This document shows, piece after piece, positions 19,470-29,069 of a DNA stretch of 64,000 nucleotides. The notes under the pieces are model-generated. The model did not search any database. It saw nothing but the letters and a program-made list of their open reading frames with translations, and was not told the origin of the DNA. Positions within the stretch are counted from its first letter, which is position 1. Each line of letters opens with the position of its first letter. The translations under genes were made by a program, and so were the position numbers. Source of the DNA: Eubacteriales bacterium (GTDB lineage: Bacteria > Bacillota > Clostridia > Oscillospirales > CAG-272); contig JAZNGE010000040.1 in assembly GCA_045576315.1 (NCBI GenBank), forward strand, positions 59,580 through 123,579. The letters are read 5' to 3'.

Positions 19470-20681
19470 ATGGAATTCGATTTTGAACCCGTATACGATT
19501 GTGGTGTTAATATAAAGGTTATCGGTGTAGGCGGCGGCGGAAACAATGCTGTCAACCGTATGATTTCTACCAATATCCGTGGCGTTGAATTTATCGCAGT
19601 AAACACGGACAACCAGGCGCTTGATTCCTCTTGCGCAACCAAGAAGCTTATCATCGGTGATAAGATCACCAGAGGTAAAGGCGCAGGCTCTAACCCCGAG
19701 GTTGGTAAGCGCAGCGCCGAGGAGTCCATCGAGGCTGTTAAGGCGGCTCTCGAGGGCGCAGACATGGTATTTGTTACCGCAGGTATGGGCGGCGGTACAG
19801 GTACCGGTGCAGCTCCCGTAATCGCAAAGGCAGCACGCGATCTCGGTATTCTTACCGTTGGTATCGTTACCAAGCCTTTCGCATTCGAGGGACTCAGAAG
19901 AAGCAAGCAGGCAGAGGCAGGTATCGCTGAGCTGTCCAAGTTTGTTGACTCGCTTATCATAATCCCCAACGAGCGTCTTAAGCAGGTTGAGGACAACCAT
20001 ATTACCCTTGCAAACGCATTCGAGATCGCAGACGACGTTCTCCGCCGCGGTGTGCAGTCGGTATCTAACCTCATCAACGTTCCCGGATTCATCAACCTTG
20101 ACTTCGCGGACGTTACCACCATCATGAAGAATGCAGGATATGCTCACATGGGTATGGGCTCTGCAAAGGGTGAAGACAAGGCTCAGCTCGCAGCAATGGC
20201 GGCTATTTCCTCTCCCCTTCTCGAGACCAGCATTTCCGGTGCTATGGGCGTGCTTGTAAGCATTACCGCATCCGAGGATATCCAGCTCGACGAGATCGAG
20301 ACCGCTTCTCAGATGATCTACGACGAGGCTCATCCCGATGCTAACATAATCTGGGGCGCAGCATTTGATCCCACCCTTGAGGACGAGATGCGAGTAACCA
20401 TCATTGCTACCGGTTTCGATCACATGAAGCGTGAACCCAAGCCCGAGACCCCCGTACGCGAGGATACCACTATGGCTGCTGTTGAGGCGATCGCACGCAA
20501 TATCGAGCCCGAGAAGACTGCGCCCGTTGTTGAAGAGCCCAAGCCTCAGGAGCCCGCTTACAAGCCCGCACCTGCACGCGAGGAAACTATCGTAACCAAG
20601 ATTCCCGCTAAGGAGCCCGAGACCGAAACATTCGGTTCTTACGACGATCTCTTCAAGTGCATCAAGAAGACCAAGAAATAA
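19470..20681 (+). CDS. ftsZ: cell division protein FtsZ
   Basis: 403 aa. [13 protein letters not shown], tubulin signature [13 protein letters not shown], Pro/Glu-rich linker and conserved C-terminal peptide. Confidence 0.98.
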   Translation: MEFDFEPVYDCGVNIKVIGVGGGGNNAVNRMISTNIRGVEFIAVNTDNQALDSSCATKKLIIGDKITRGKGAGSNPEVGKRSAEESIEAVKAALEGADMVFVTAGMGGGTGTGAAPVIAKAARDLGILTVGIVTKPFAFEGLRRSKQAEAGIAELSKFVDSLIIIPNERLKQVEDNHITLANAFEIADDVLRRGVQSVSNLINVPGFINLDFADVTTIMKNAGYAHMGMGSAKGEDKAQLAAMAAISSPLLETSISGAMGVLVSITASEDIQLDEIETASQMIYDEAHPDANIIWGAAFDPTLEDEMRVTIIATGFDHMKREPKPETPVREDTTMAAVEAIARNIEPEKTAPVVEEPKPQEPAYKPAPAREETIVTKIPAKEPETETFGSYDDLFKCIKKTKK

Positions 20682-20740
20682 TCTTTATACATAGCTGCCG
20701 CAGCATCACGTTAGTGGCAGAGAGATAAAACTGAATAGAC

Positions 20741-20796
20741 CGAAAAGCCTTGAGGTGAGAAAAATTTTCGAGCCTGCAAGGCTTTTCGTCGTTTTT
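20741..20796 (+). terminator. rho-independent terminator after ftsZ
   Basis: CGAAAAGCCTTG (20741-20752) pairs with CAAGGCTTTTCG (20777-20788), followed by TCGTTTTT. Confidence 0.6.
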
Positions 20797-20987
20797 AGGA
20801 AAACGGCGTTTTTATACGCCCGAAAATAGCTGTACACTTTTCCGATAACACATTTTTATATTCAAATGCTAATTATACTTTTTCTCGCATAGCGATTTAG
20901 CGTCCCGTTTTTGTGTATTTCGCTTTTAACGTAACAAAATCGATGTTTTGTATACTTTATATCGGATTTATGTAGATGTGATGTTGC

Positions 20988-21060
20988 GAGTTTTCCACAT
21001 TTTCTATGGTTTTTAATGAGTTTTCCACACTCGTCCACATTTTGAGGGGAGTTTTCCACA
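20988..21060 (+). repeat. three exact copies of GAGTTTTCCACA (DnaA-box-like TTTTCCACA core) at 30/31-bp spacing
   Basis: Copies at 20988-20999, 21018-21029 and 21049-21060. Additional same-orientation TCGTCCACA at 21031-21039 and TTTACCACA at 21140-21148. The region is non-coding. Confidence 0.8.
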
Positions 21061-21205
21061 CTATCCAACACCCGTTAACGCCCGCTTCGTTTTTGTGTAT
21101 TTTGTGTTTTTCATGCCTTTCACATACCGCTGACCGCAATTTACCACACCATTCCCTACTCTGTCAACGGCCGTAATACCGACGCAAAAAACGCCCCGAC
21201 TAAAC

Positions 21206-21247
21206 AAAAAAAAGCCTCTCGGACGATCAAGCCGAGAGACTCTTTTT
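21206..21247 (-). terminator. rho-independent terminator after hisIE (end of the ilv-leu-his unit)
   Basis: CTCTCGG / CCGAGAG stem. The plus-strand A-run (21206-21213) gives a U-run of 8 on the minus-strand transcript. Confidence 0.65.
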
Positions 21248-21263
21248 GTTCATTTTGCTTTTT

Positions 21264-21914
21264 TTACTTTGTCATTTTTTCCTGCTTGACCTTATGGTCG
21301 ATTACGTGTCTGGATGCAAGCTCGCGGTGAACATCCTCCACTGTGATGCCCATCTGAGTCATAAGAACCATAACGTGATATGCAAGATCTGCGATCTCGT
21401 AAATAGTTTCCTTTTTGTCATCTGCCTTGCCCGCGATGATAACCTCGGTGCACTCTTCGCCAACCTTTTTGAGAATCTTATCTATTCCCTTCTCAAAAAG
21501 ATAGGTGGTATACGATCCCTCGGGTCTATCCTTTTTTCTGCCCTGAAGAAGAGCGTACAATCCTTCAAGAGTAAACTGCGAAAGCTCGTCGGAGTGGTAT
21601 ACGGGATTAGTGAAGCAGGAGTCTGTGCCAAGGTGACAAGCAGGTCCGTCCTTCTCTACCACGACCACAAGAGCATCCTTATCGCAATCCGCGGTAATGG
21701 AAACTATGTGCTGATAGTTGCCGCTGGTTTCGCCCTTGAGCCAAAGCTCCTGTCTTGAACGGCTGTAAAAGCAGGTCAGCCCCTTCTCCATTGATATCTT
21801 GAGGCTCTCCTCGTTCATATACGCAACGGTAAGCACATCCTTTGTTATGGAGTCGACCACAACGGCAGGAATAAGACCGTTCTTATCAAATTTAAGTTCG
21901 CTGATGTTTATCAT
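21264..21914 (-). CDS. hisI: bifunctional phosphoribosyl-AMP cyclohydrolase / phosphoribosyl-ATP diphosphatase HisIE
   Basis: 216 aa. HisI part (GLIPAVVVD, SRSRQELWLKGETSGN) followed by HisE part (YTTYLFEKGIDKILKKVGEE). Confidence 0.95.
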   Translation of the reverse strand: MINISELKFDKNGLIPAVVVDSITKDVLTVAYMNEESLKISMEKGLTCFYSRSRQELWLKGETSGNYQHIVSITADCDKDALVVVVEKDGPACHLGTDSCFTNPVYHSDELSQFTLEGLYALLQGRKKDRPEGSYTTYLFEKGIDKILKKVGEECTEVIIAGKADDKKETIYEIADLAYHVMVLMTQMGITVEDVHRELASRHVIDHKVKQEKMTK

Positions 21915-21915
21915 A

Positions 21916-22674
21916 TCAAATCCTCACGGTTATACCGTTTTCGTTCAGTTTTTCTTTAAGATCCTTTATCTCGATCTCCTTGAAATGAAAGACCGATGCC
22001 GCAAGACCTGCATCAATATCAGGAATCTCTTTAAAGAGCTTTACAAAGTCGTTTATGCACCCTGCACCGCCCGATGCGATTACAGGCACGTTTACAGCCT
22101 CGCAGACTGCCTTTAAAAGCTCGATGTCAAATCCCTGCTTCACTCCGTCGGTATCAATGGAGTTGACCACGACCTCGCCGGCTCCCATATCGACACAGCG
22201 TTTTATCCAGCTTATAGCTTCCATACCCGTGTTTTCACGTCCTCCTTTTGAGAAAACGGTAAACACACCGTCAACGCGCTTAACGTCAACCGAGATAACA
22301 ACGCATTGGTTGCCGTATCTTTCGGCGGCTTCCTTGATAAGTGTCGGATTTTTTATCGCGCCGGAGTTTACGCTTACCTTATCAGCGCCGCACTTCAACA
22401 CGCGGTCAAAATCATCAAGAGTATTAATTCCACCGCCTACCGTAAGGGGAATAAACACTCGCTTTGCGGTTTCGGTAAGTATATCGGTGAAAAGCGCGCG
22501 TCCCTCGCTTGAAGCCGTTATATCGTAAAAAACGAGCTCGTCAGCACCGGCAGCCGAATAAAACTGCGCAAGCTCAACGGGAGAGGACACGTCGGAGACA
22601 CCCAGAAAGTTAACGCCCTTTACTACCCTGCCACCTTTAACGTCAAGGCAAGGGATAATTCTTTTAGTTATCAT
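21916..22674 (-). CDS. hisF: imidazole glycerol phosphate synthase cyclase subunit HisF
   Basis: 252 aa. KRIIPCLDVKGGRVVKG and ADKVSVNSGA. Confidence 0.97.
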   Translation of the reverse strand: MITKRIIPCLDVKGGRVVKGVNFLGVSDVSSPVELAQFYSAAGADELVFYDITASSEGRALFTDILTETAKRVFIPLTVGGGINTLDDFDRVLKCGADKVSVNSGAIKNPTLIKEAAERYGNQCVVISVDVKRVDGVFTVFSKGGRENTGMEAISWIKRCVDMGAGEVVVNSIDTDGVKQGFDIELLKAVCEAVNVPVIASGGAGCINDFVKLFKEIPDIDAGLAASVFHFKEIEIKDLKEKLNENGITVRI

Positions 22675-23384
22675 ACCGCCACCTCTATCGCTTCTTTGAG
22701 ATCGATAGCGCCTATATAGTACGCCTTGCCGATAATCGCACCGTAGACATCCATTTTATGAAGTGCGCGGACATCATCAATACTTGAAACGCCACCCGAT
22801 GCAACTATATCGACGGAATACTTTTCGGAAAGATCGGAATAAAGCTCAAGGTTAGTACCCTTCATCGCTCCGTCCTTTGATATATCTGTGCATATCACGG
22901 TTTTAACGCCCATGCTCTGCATCTTCTCAAAGAAGGCATCAACGGTATACTGTGAGCTTTCGACCCAGCCCTTTATTGCTACGTAGCCGTCCTTAATGTC
23001 TGCACCGACGGCTATTTTGTCACCGTATTTCTCGAGAGCGGCTTTAAGGAAGCATTCGTCCTTTACCGCCGCAGTACCGAGTATTGCGCGCGATACGCCC
23101 GCATCAAAGTAAGCATCAAGGACCTGCATTGTGCGAATTCCGCCGCCTATCTCAACGAAAAGACCGGTTGCCTCAACTATATCACGTACAACGGAAAGGT
23201 TGGGAGTTGTGCCGTCCTTTGCGCCTTCGAGGTCTACTACGTGGATGTATCCTGCTCCAAGGCGCTTAAAATCAAGCGCAACGGAAACGGGATTTTCGGA
23301 ATAGACGGTCATTTGCGCGTAATCGCCTTTATAAAGACGAACGGCTTTTTTATCGAAAAGATCTATCGCGGGAAATATTTTCAT
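22671..23384 (-). CDS. hisA: 1-(5-phosphoribosyl)-5-[(5-phosphoribosylamino)methylideneamino]imidazole-4-carboxamide isomerase HisA
   Basis: MKIFPAIDL start at 23384 (ATGA overlap with the hisH stop). VVDLEGA and GGGIR motifs. Confidence 0.95.
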   Translation of the reverse strand: MKIFPAIDLFDKKAVRLYKGDYAQMTVYSENPVSVALDFKRLGAGYIHVVDLEGAKDGTTPNLSVVRDIVEATGLFVEIGGGIRTMQVLDAYFDAGVSRAILGTAAVKDECFLKAALEKYGDKIAVGADIKDGYVAIKGWVESSQYTVDAFFEKMQSMGVKTVICTDISKDGAMKGTNLELYSDLSEKYSVDIVASGGVSSIDDVRALHKMDVYGAIIGKAYYIGAIDLKEAIEVAV

Positions 23385-24001
23385 TTTTCTACCTCCCACT
23401 CTACGAATGCTTTGAGTATCGCAAGGCCGACATCTCCGCTCTTTTCGGGGTGGAACTGTGTACCGGCAACGTTGCCAAGGGCAACTGCGGCAGTAACGCT
23501 CTCACCGTATTCCGAAGAAGCTATCAGGCTATCGGCACAATCGACTGCGTAATATGAATGGACAAAGTAAACGTGGTCGCCCTCGTTTACGTATTTCAAA
23601 AGCGGATGCTTCTTTTCAATATGCAAGGCATTCCAGCCTATGTGCGGGATTTTGAGCTCGGAAGGTATTTTTCCCTCCATAGCTATAACGCTTCCTTTGA
23701 GCAATGCAAGTCCTGCGTGCTCACCGTATTCGTAGCTTTTTTCGAAAAGCATCTGCATTCCAAGACATATGCCGAATATGGGCTTGCCGGCGTTTGCCTG
23801 CTCTATCACGACCTTATCAAGACCGGTTGAGCGAAGCTTATCAGCAGCATCGCCAAAAGCACCAACGCCGGGGAGAATGATCCTGTCCGCATTTCTTATA
23901 ACCTCGGGGTCGGACGTAACTACGCTTTCAGCTCCTATGGCTTCCAGCGAACAGCAAAGCGAGAAAAGGTTACCTACGCCGTAATCTATAACTGCGATCA
24001 T
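23381..24001 (-). CDS. hisH: imidazole glycerol phosphate synthase glutamine amidotransferase subunit HisH
   Basis: 206 aa. MIAVIDYGVGNL, GICLGMQ catalytic Cys, and FHPEKS. Confidence 0.96.
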   Translation of the reverse strand: MIAVIDYGVGNLFSLCCSLEAIGAESVVTSDPEVIRNADRIILPGVGAFGDAADKLRSTGLDKVVIEQANAGKPIFGICLGMQMLFEKSYEYGEHAGLALLKGSVIAMEGKIPSELKIPHIGWNALHIEKKHPLLKYVNEGDHVYFVHSYYAVDCADSLIASSEYGESVTAAVALGNVAGTQFHPEKSGDVGLAILKAFVEWEVEK

Positions 24002-24588
24002 CAGATAACTCCCTTAGTAGACGGAACCTCGTCGGCAAAATCGGCATCGATCTTTACAGCCGCCGACAATGCTCTTGCCATAGCCTTAAACGCGCCCTCA
24101 ATTATGTGGTGAGAGTTCTCACCCGCGAGCTTGCGCACGTGCATGGTTATACGCGCCTCGCGCACAAACGCCTGCATGAACTCCTCGCACAGCTCGGTAT
24201 CGAAATCACCTACTCTGTACGAAGGGATCTCAAGAGAATATCCGAGATAATCTCTGCCGGAAATATCGACCGCAACGAGAACGAGTGCCTCGTCCATGGG
24301 AATAGTCTTATCGGCATAGCGAGCTATACCCTTCTTGTCGCCGAGCGCTTCAAAAAACGCCTTACCAAGACAAATTCCTATATCCTCTACTGTGTGGTGA
24401 TAATCAACGCGAGTATCACCGGTGCACTTTACAGCAAGGTCGAAGTGCGAGTGCTTAGAAAAAAGAGTCAACATGTGGTCAAGAAATCCACATCCGGTAT
24501 TTATTTCAGAATTTCCGGCTCCGTCAAGATTAAGCTTGAGGGAAATATCGGTCTCGCCGGTCTTGCGCTTAATTTCCGATGCTCTCAT
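24001..24588 (-). CDS. hisB: imidazoleglycerol-phosphate dehydratase HisB
   Basis: 195 aa. RKTGETDI, DYHHTVEDIGI, NSHHIIEGAFKA. Confidence 0.96.
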   Translation of the reverse strand: MRASEIKRKTGETDISLKLNLDGAGNSEINTGCGFLDHMLTLFSKHSHFDLAVKCTGDTRVDYHHTVEDIGICLGKAFFEALGDKKGIARYADKTIPMDEALVLVAVDISGRDYLGYSLEIPSYRVGDFDTELCEEFMQAFVREARITMHVRKLAGENSHHIIEGAFKAMARALSAAVKIDADFADEVPSTKGVI

Positions 24589-24589
24589 T

Positions 24590-25651
24590 TCATAACTCCT
24601 TTAAAATGTTTTTGATAGCCTCGACAAGTGCTTCCATCTGGTCGCGCGTGCCGATAGTGATTCTGTTGTATTCCTTAATGCGCTCCTTCGAGAAATGGCG
24701 CACGAGGATACCGCGAGCCTTGAGCTTTTTGTAAAGCTCCTCACCGGATATGCGATCGGATTTCGCAAACAGGAAATTAGTCTTTGAATCCGTAAGCGAA
24801 AAGCCAAGAGAGATAAGCTGCTCTTTTGTCCATTCTCTGTTCTTGCAAATAATACGGCAGTTATCCATGTAATAGTCATTGTCAAGGATAGCCGCGTGAC
24901 CTGCCGCCATCGTCATACGGTTGACGTTGTAGGGGTTGGTCGAGTATTTGATCGTATTAAGGTCAGCTATAAGATCACGGTTGCCTATGCCGAAGCCGAG
25001 CCTTGCACCTGCCATCGAACGCGATTTTGAAAACGTGCCCGTGACGAGAAGGTTATCGTACTTGTCGACAAGAGAGATGGCACTCTCCGCGCCGAAATCA
25101 ACGTACGCCTCATCGATAACAACGACGTTATTGGGGTTGCTCTTTACGATAGCCTCGACCTCGTTAAGCGTGAGCGCAATGCCCGTGGGGGCATTAGGAT
25201 TGGCGATGACGATGTTTTTATTAATCCCGATGTAATCGTTGACGTCTATCGTGAGATCGTCCTTGAGCGGTATTTCGGTATAAGGTATGCCGTTAAGCTC
25301 GGCAAAAACCGAATAAAAGCCGTACGTTATATCGGGGAAAACGATGGGATGATCCTTGTCCGAGAACGCCATAAAGGCAAAGTTGAGAATCTCGTCAGAA
25401 CCGTTCGTCATCAGTATTTGATCATTTTTAACGCCAAAAAGCGAGGCAGAAGCCTCTACAAGAGGGGTGCATTCCGGATCCGAATAAAGCTGAAGGCTGC
25501 CGATCTGGCTCTTGATAGCAGCCGCTACGGCAGCTGATGGCGGAAAGGGCGACTCGTTGGTATTAAGCTTTATGTACTTCATATCCTTGGGCTGTTCACC
25601 CGGAACATAGGCCTTCAAGGACGCATATTTATTACTGAAAAACCTGCTCAT
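24590..25651 (-). CDS. hisC: histidinol-phosphate aminotransferase HisC
   Basis: 353 aa. KLNTNESPFPP, and the PLP-lysine context TFSKSRSMAGARLG. Confidence 0.94.
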   Translation of the reverse strand: MSRFFSNKYASLKAYVPGEQPKDMKYIKLNTNESPFPPSAAVAAAIKSQIGSLQLYSDPECTPLVEASASLFGVKNDQILMTNGSDEILNFAFMAFSDKDHPIVFPDITYGFYSVFAELNGIPYTEIPLKDDLTIDVNDYIGINKNIVIANPNAPTGIALTLNEVEAIVKSNPNNVVVIDEAYVDFGAESAISLVDKYDNLLVTGTFSKSRSMAGARLGFGIGNRDLIADLNTIKYSTNPYNVNRMTMAAGHAAILDNDYYMDNCRIICKNREWTKEQLISLGFSLTDSKTNFLFAKSDRISGEELYKKLKARGILVRHFSKERIKEYNRITIGTRDQMEALVEAIKNILKEL

Positions 25652-26931
25652 TTCTCTTCCTCAAAACGAATGGTGGCACTTCTTGCATGTGCGCCAAGTC
25701 CTTCTTTAGTAGCGAAATAGGACACCTTATCCGCAACCTTTTTAAGCGCGTTTTCGGTGTAATAGGTAAACTGTGTTTTCTTCACAAAATCATCAACGCT
25801 AAGGGGCGAGGAGAAACGCGCCGTACCGCTGGTGGGGAGTGTGTGGTTAGGTCCTGCGAAGTAATCGCCAAGTGCCTCGGGACAGTACTTGCCCATAAAT
25901 ATAGAACCGGCGTGATGAACCTTATCAAGATAGTCAAAGGGGTTATCAACGCAAAGCTCGAGATGCTCTGGCGCGATCTCATTTGCGATATCTATCGCCA
26001 GCATAAGATTATTTTCGGCGATGATGATCTTGCCGTTATTATCGATAGAGCATCTTGCTATCTCTGCCCTGTCAAGCTCGGGAATCTGCTTCTCGAGCTC
26101 ACCGCTTACAGCTATGGCAAATTCGTAGCTGTCGGTAACGAGAACGGCACTCGCCATTCTGTCATGCTCTGCCTGTGAAAGAAGATCGGCGGCAACAAAG
26201 CGAGGATTTGCGGACTTATCCGCAACTACAAGTATCTCGGAGGGACCTGCGATCATATCGATCGACACCTTTCCGAACACCTGCTTTTTAGCCTCTGCTA
26301 CAAATGCGTTACCGGGGCCGACTATCTTATCGACCTTGGGCACTGACTCAGTACCGTATGCGAGTGCGGCGATGGCCTGCGCTCCGCCAAGCTTAAAGAT
26401 TCTGTCAACTCCTGCGATCTTGGCAGCGGCGAGAATTACGGGATTTACCTTTCCGTTTGCGGACGGAGGAGTTACCATAACTATCTCCTTACAGCCCGCG
26501 ATCTTTGCGGGAATAGAATCCATCAATACGGTTGAGGGATAAGCCGCTGTACCTCCGGGCACGTAAAGTCCGACCTTTTCAATAGGCATAACCTTCTGTC
26601 CGGTTACAACTCCATCGTTTTCGCTGATCACAAAGCTGTTTCTTACCTGACGCTTGTGGAAGCCGCGGATATTCTCTGCCGCCTCCTCGATTATTTTTAC
26701 GAATTCGGGATCTGTTTCGGCAAACGCCTCGTCTATCTCTTCGGGAGTAACCTCGAGGGCGGTAAGCTTTGCCTTATCGAACTTCTCGGTATACTCAAAG
26801 AGCGCGGCATCCTTGTTTTCAATTACGTTAGCAATTATACCGCTGACGATTCCCTCAACGTCGGGAGAAATGTTATCTCGTGCGAATATTTCACTGTTAG
26901 GTACTTCGCCGTACTTATAAATCTTAATCAT
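25648..26931 (-). CDS. hisD: histidinol dehydrogenase HisD
   Basis: 427 aa. YVPGGTAAYPSTVLM, SQAEHD, and GDYFAGPNHTLPT. Confidence 0.96.
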   Translation of the reverse strand: MIKIYKYGEVPNSEIFARDNISPDVEGIVSGIIANVIENKDAALFEYTEKFDKAKLTALEVTPEEIDEAFAETDPEFVKIIEEAAENIRGFHKRQVRNSFVISENDGVVTGQKVMPIEKVGLYVPGGTAAYPSTVLMDSIPAKIAGCKEIVMVTPPSANGKVNPVILAAAKIAGVDRIFKLGGAQAIAALAYGTESVPKVDKIVGPGNAFVAEAKKQVFGKVSIDMIAGPSEILVVADKSANPRFVAADLLSQAEHDRMASAVLVTDSYEFAIAVSGELEKQIPELDRAEIARCSIDNNGKIIIAENNLMLAIDIANEIAPEHLELCVDNPFDYLDKVHHAGSIFMGKYCPEALGDYFAGPNHTLPTSGTARFSSPLSVDDFVKKTQFTYYTENALKKVADKVSYFATKEGLGAHARSATIRFEEEK

Positions 26932-27553
26932 TGCTGCTCACCTGTGATTTTATACTCTGTGCGATTTTTTCGATTTCCTGTGTTTTGAACTTAAAGCTTG
27001 CTTTATTCACTATAAGGCGCGCGCTGATAGGAACAATGGTTTCTATAACCTCAAGGTCGTTTTCCTTGAGTGTTGTTCCTGTTTCAACGATATCGACTAT
27101 AACATCCGAAAGACCGAGTATGGGAGCGATCTCGATAGAGCCGTTAAGCTTTATAATATCGATATCGCGGCATATCGATGCGTAATAGGATCTTGCGATA
27201 TTGGCAAACTTGGTTGCCACCTTAAGTGTTTTTTGATTATCGTCGTGGAAATCCTTTTTAGCGGCGACTGCCATACGGCACTTTCCGAGATTCAGATCGA
27301 GAAGCTCGTAAACGTCGGGCGCGTATTCAAGCAAGATATCCTTACCAGCCACGCCAATGTCGGCAGCACCTCTCTCAACGTATATGGATACGTCGGAGGG
27401 CTTGACCCAGAAATAACGAACTCCGCGCTCTGCGTTTTCAAAAATAAGCTTTCTGCTGTTTTCCTTTATAGAGGGGCACTCATAGCCTGCCGCCTCAAAC
27501 ATCGCGTATACCTTTTCACCAAGACGGCCCTTGGGGAGCGCTACGTTGATCAT
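26924..27553 (-). CDS. hisG: ATP phosphoribosyltransferase catalytic subunit HisG (short form)
   Basis: 209 aa short form. LPKGRL and DIVETGTTLKEN. Paired with hisZ immediately upstream. Confidence 0.95.
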   Translation of the reverse strand: MINVALPKGRLGEKVYAMFEAAGYECPSIKENSRKLIFENAERGVRYFWVKPSDVSIYVERGAADIGVAGKDILLEYAPDVYELLDLNLGKCRMAVAAKKDFHDDNQKTLKVATKFANIARSYYASICRDIDIIKLNGSIEIAPILGLSDVIVDIVETGTTLKENDLEVIETIVPISARLIVNKASFKFKTQEIEKIAQSIKSQVSSND

Positions 27554-28659
27554 GCTTCTGTCGCCTCCTTTTCAAGATATACAATCTCTTTAAATCTGAT
27601 TTTCTTCGGTACAGCCTTTGCCGCGTATACCGTCTTGCCGTCGGATATAACAGACTTTTTAGCATCTATTATAGCTTCTGCCTTGGTTTTTTCTCCATAA
27701 ACAAGCAAAACGTCGACGTCGTAATCTGCGATCGTACCGTTAAGCTCTTCAAGAGAATCAAGATAAAGCGCAAATCCAATAGCGCTGCTCTTTCTGTTCA
27801 TACGCTTCATAAGAGGGTCGTAAGCGCCGCCGGCAAGAACCGCCTCGCTTATACCGTTAAGGAAGCCCTTGAAAACTATGCCGTCGTAATATCTCATATC
27901 GTTTACGACCGAGAAGTCGATTCTTATTCTATCCGCAAACTCGGTAGCGGAAAGAAGCTTGCAAAGCTCGTTAAGCTCGGAAATAGCCGAGAGCTGCACA
28001 TTTGTGGTCGCAAGCGTGCGAAGCTTGTCGATGACCTCGCTCATATTACCGTAAAGAGAAGCTATCTCGGATATTACCTCCGCCTTCTCCCCGGGGATTC
28101 CGTTCGAGGAGCAGATCTCAAGTGCCTCGTGAGTATTCTTCTCGGAGATAAGCTTGGTTATCTCTTTTCTGAAAGCCTTATCGTCACTTATTTCATCGAG
28201 GAATGCCGAAAGGATACCCATATGAGAAATATCAAGCACAAGCTCGTGCGATACGGCATCAAGGCTCTTTGCGGCAAGATACACGACCTCAAAGGTATCG
28301 GTAATATCTATATCTCCGATACATTCAAGACCCGTCTGCATTATCTCCTTGAACTGATGAGTACGCGCGGAAACACGAAAGACGTTCTCGTTATAGAATA
28401 CCTTTTGCTTTACGAGCGGCTCATCTGTCGTATTCTTAATTATGGAAAGCGTAACGTCAGGCTTCATAGCAAGAAGCTTGCCGTTAACGTCATTAAAGGT
28501 AATGACTCTGTCGCCTATAAGGAAATCCTTATTGCGTGCGTAGAAATCATACTCCTCAAATTTGCTCATCTTGAAGGGCAAATATCCGTAGCTCTTATAG
28601 AGCGAGCGAAGCGAAAGCACTGCCCTTTCATCACTTTTAAGTATGTTTTCGTTATACAT
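27550..28659 (-). CDS. hisZ: ATP phosphoribosyltransferase regulatory subunit HisZ
   Basis: 369 aa HisRS-like paralog (QTGLECIG, GGAYDPLM). Occupies the first position of the his block. Confidence 0.9.
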   Translation of the reverse strand: MYNENILKSDERAVLSLRSLYKSYGYLPFKMSKFEEYDFYARNKDFLIGDRVITFNDVNGKLLAMKPDVTLSIIKNTTDEPLVKQKVFYNENVFRVSARTHQFKEIMQTGLECIGDIDITDTFEVVYLAAKSLDAVSHELVLDISHMGILSAFLDEISDDKAFRKEITKLISEKNTHEALEICSSNGIPGEKAEVISEIASLYGNMSEVIDKLRTLATTNVQLSAISELNELCKLLSATEFADRIRIDFSVVNDMRYYDGIVFKGFLNGISEAVLAGGAYDPLMKRMNRKSSAIGFALYLDSLEELNGTIADYDVDVLLVYGEKTKAEAIIDAKKSVISDGKTVYAAKAVPKKIRFKEIVYLEKEATEA

Positions 28660-28681
28660 ACGATATATTCCTTTCGACTGA

Positions 28682-29056
28682 TCAGATCTCCGCTATGACC
28701 TCAACCTCAACGAGCGCGCCCTTGGGAAGATCCTTGACCGCTACACAGCTACGTGCGGGCTTTTCGGTAAAATATTTTGCATAAACCTCGTTGAATGCCG
28801 CAAAATGCGAGATGTCCGCAAGGAAGCAGGTAGTCTTAACTGCCTTTTCAAAAGTAGTGCCAGCCGCTTCGAGAACAGCGCCGAGGTTCTTCATAACCTG
28901 CTCGGTCTGTGCGGTAATATCACCGGCTTCGATAAGACCGCTCTCGGGAACGATCGGAATCTGACCGGAGGTGTATACGAGTCCGCCGACTATTACAGCC
29001 TGTGAATAAGGTCCGATAGCGGCAGGAGCATTTTTGGTAGAAACTTTATTTGACAT
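28682..29056 (-). CDS. ridA: RidA family reactive enamine/imine deaminase
   Basis: 124 aa. [34 protein letters not shown]. Confidence 0.93.
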   Translation of the reverse strand: MSNKVSTKNAPAAIGPYSQAVIVGGLVYTSGQIPIVPESGLIEAGDITAQTEQVMKNLGAVLEAAGTTFEKAVKTTCFLADISHFAAFNEVYAKYFTEKPARSCVAVKDLPKGALVEVEVIAEI

Positions 29057-29069
29057 ATTAATATTCTCC

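Noticed and set aside
19299-20423. 374-aa and 229-aa minus-strand ORFs covering the ftsZ region.
   Set aside because: They are antisense shadows of ftsZ, whose identity is unambiguous. The products are compositionally odd and have no start context.
20862-21139. Two small minus-strand ORFs (69 and 60 aa) in the ftsZ-hisI gap.
   Set aside because: Their recurring VENS/ENV segments simply translate the GAGTTTTCCACA DNA repeats. They overlap each other in different frames and lack RBSs. The signal is at the DNA level.
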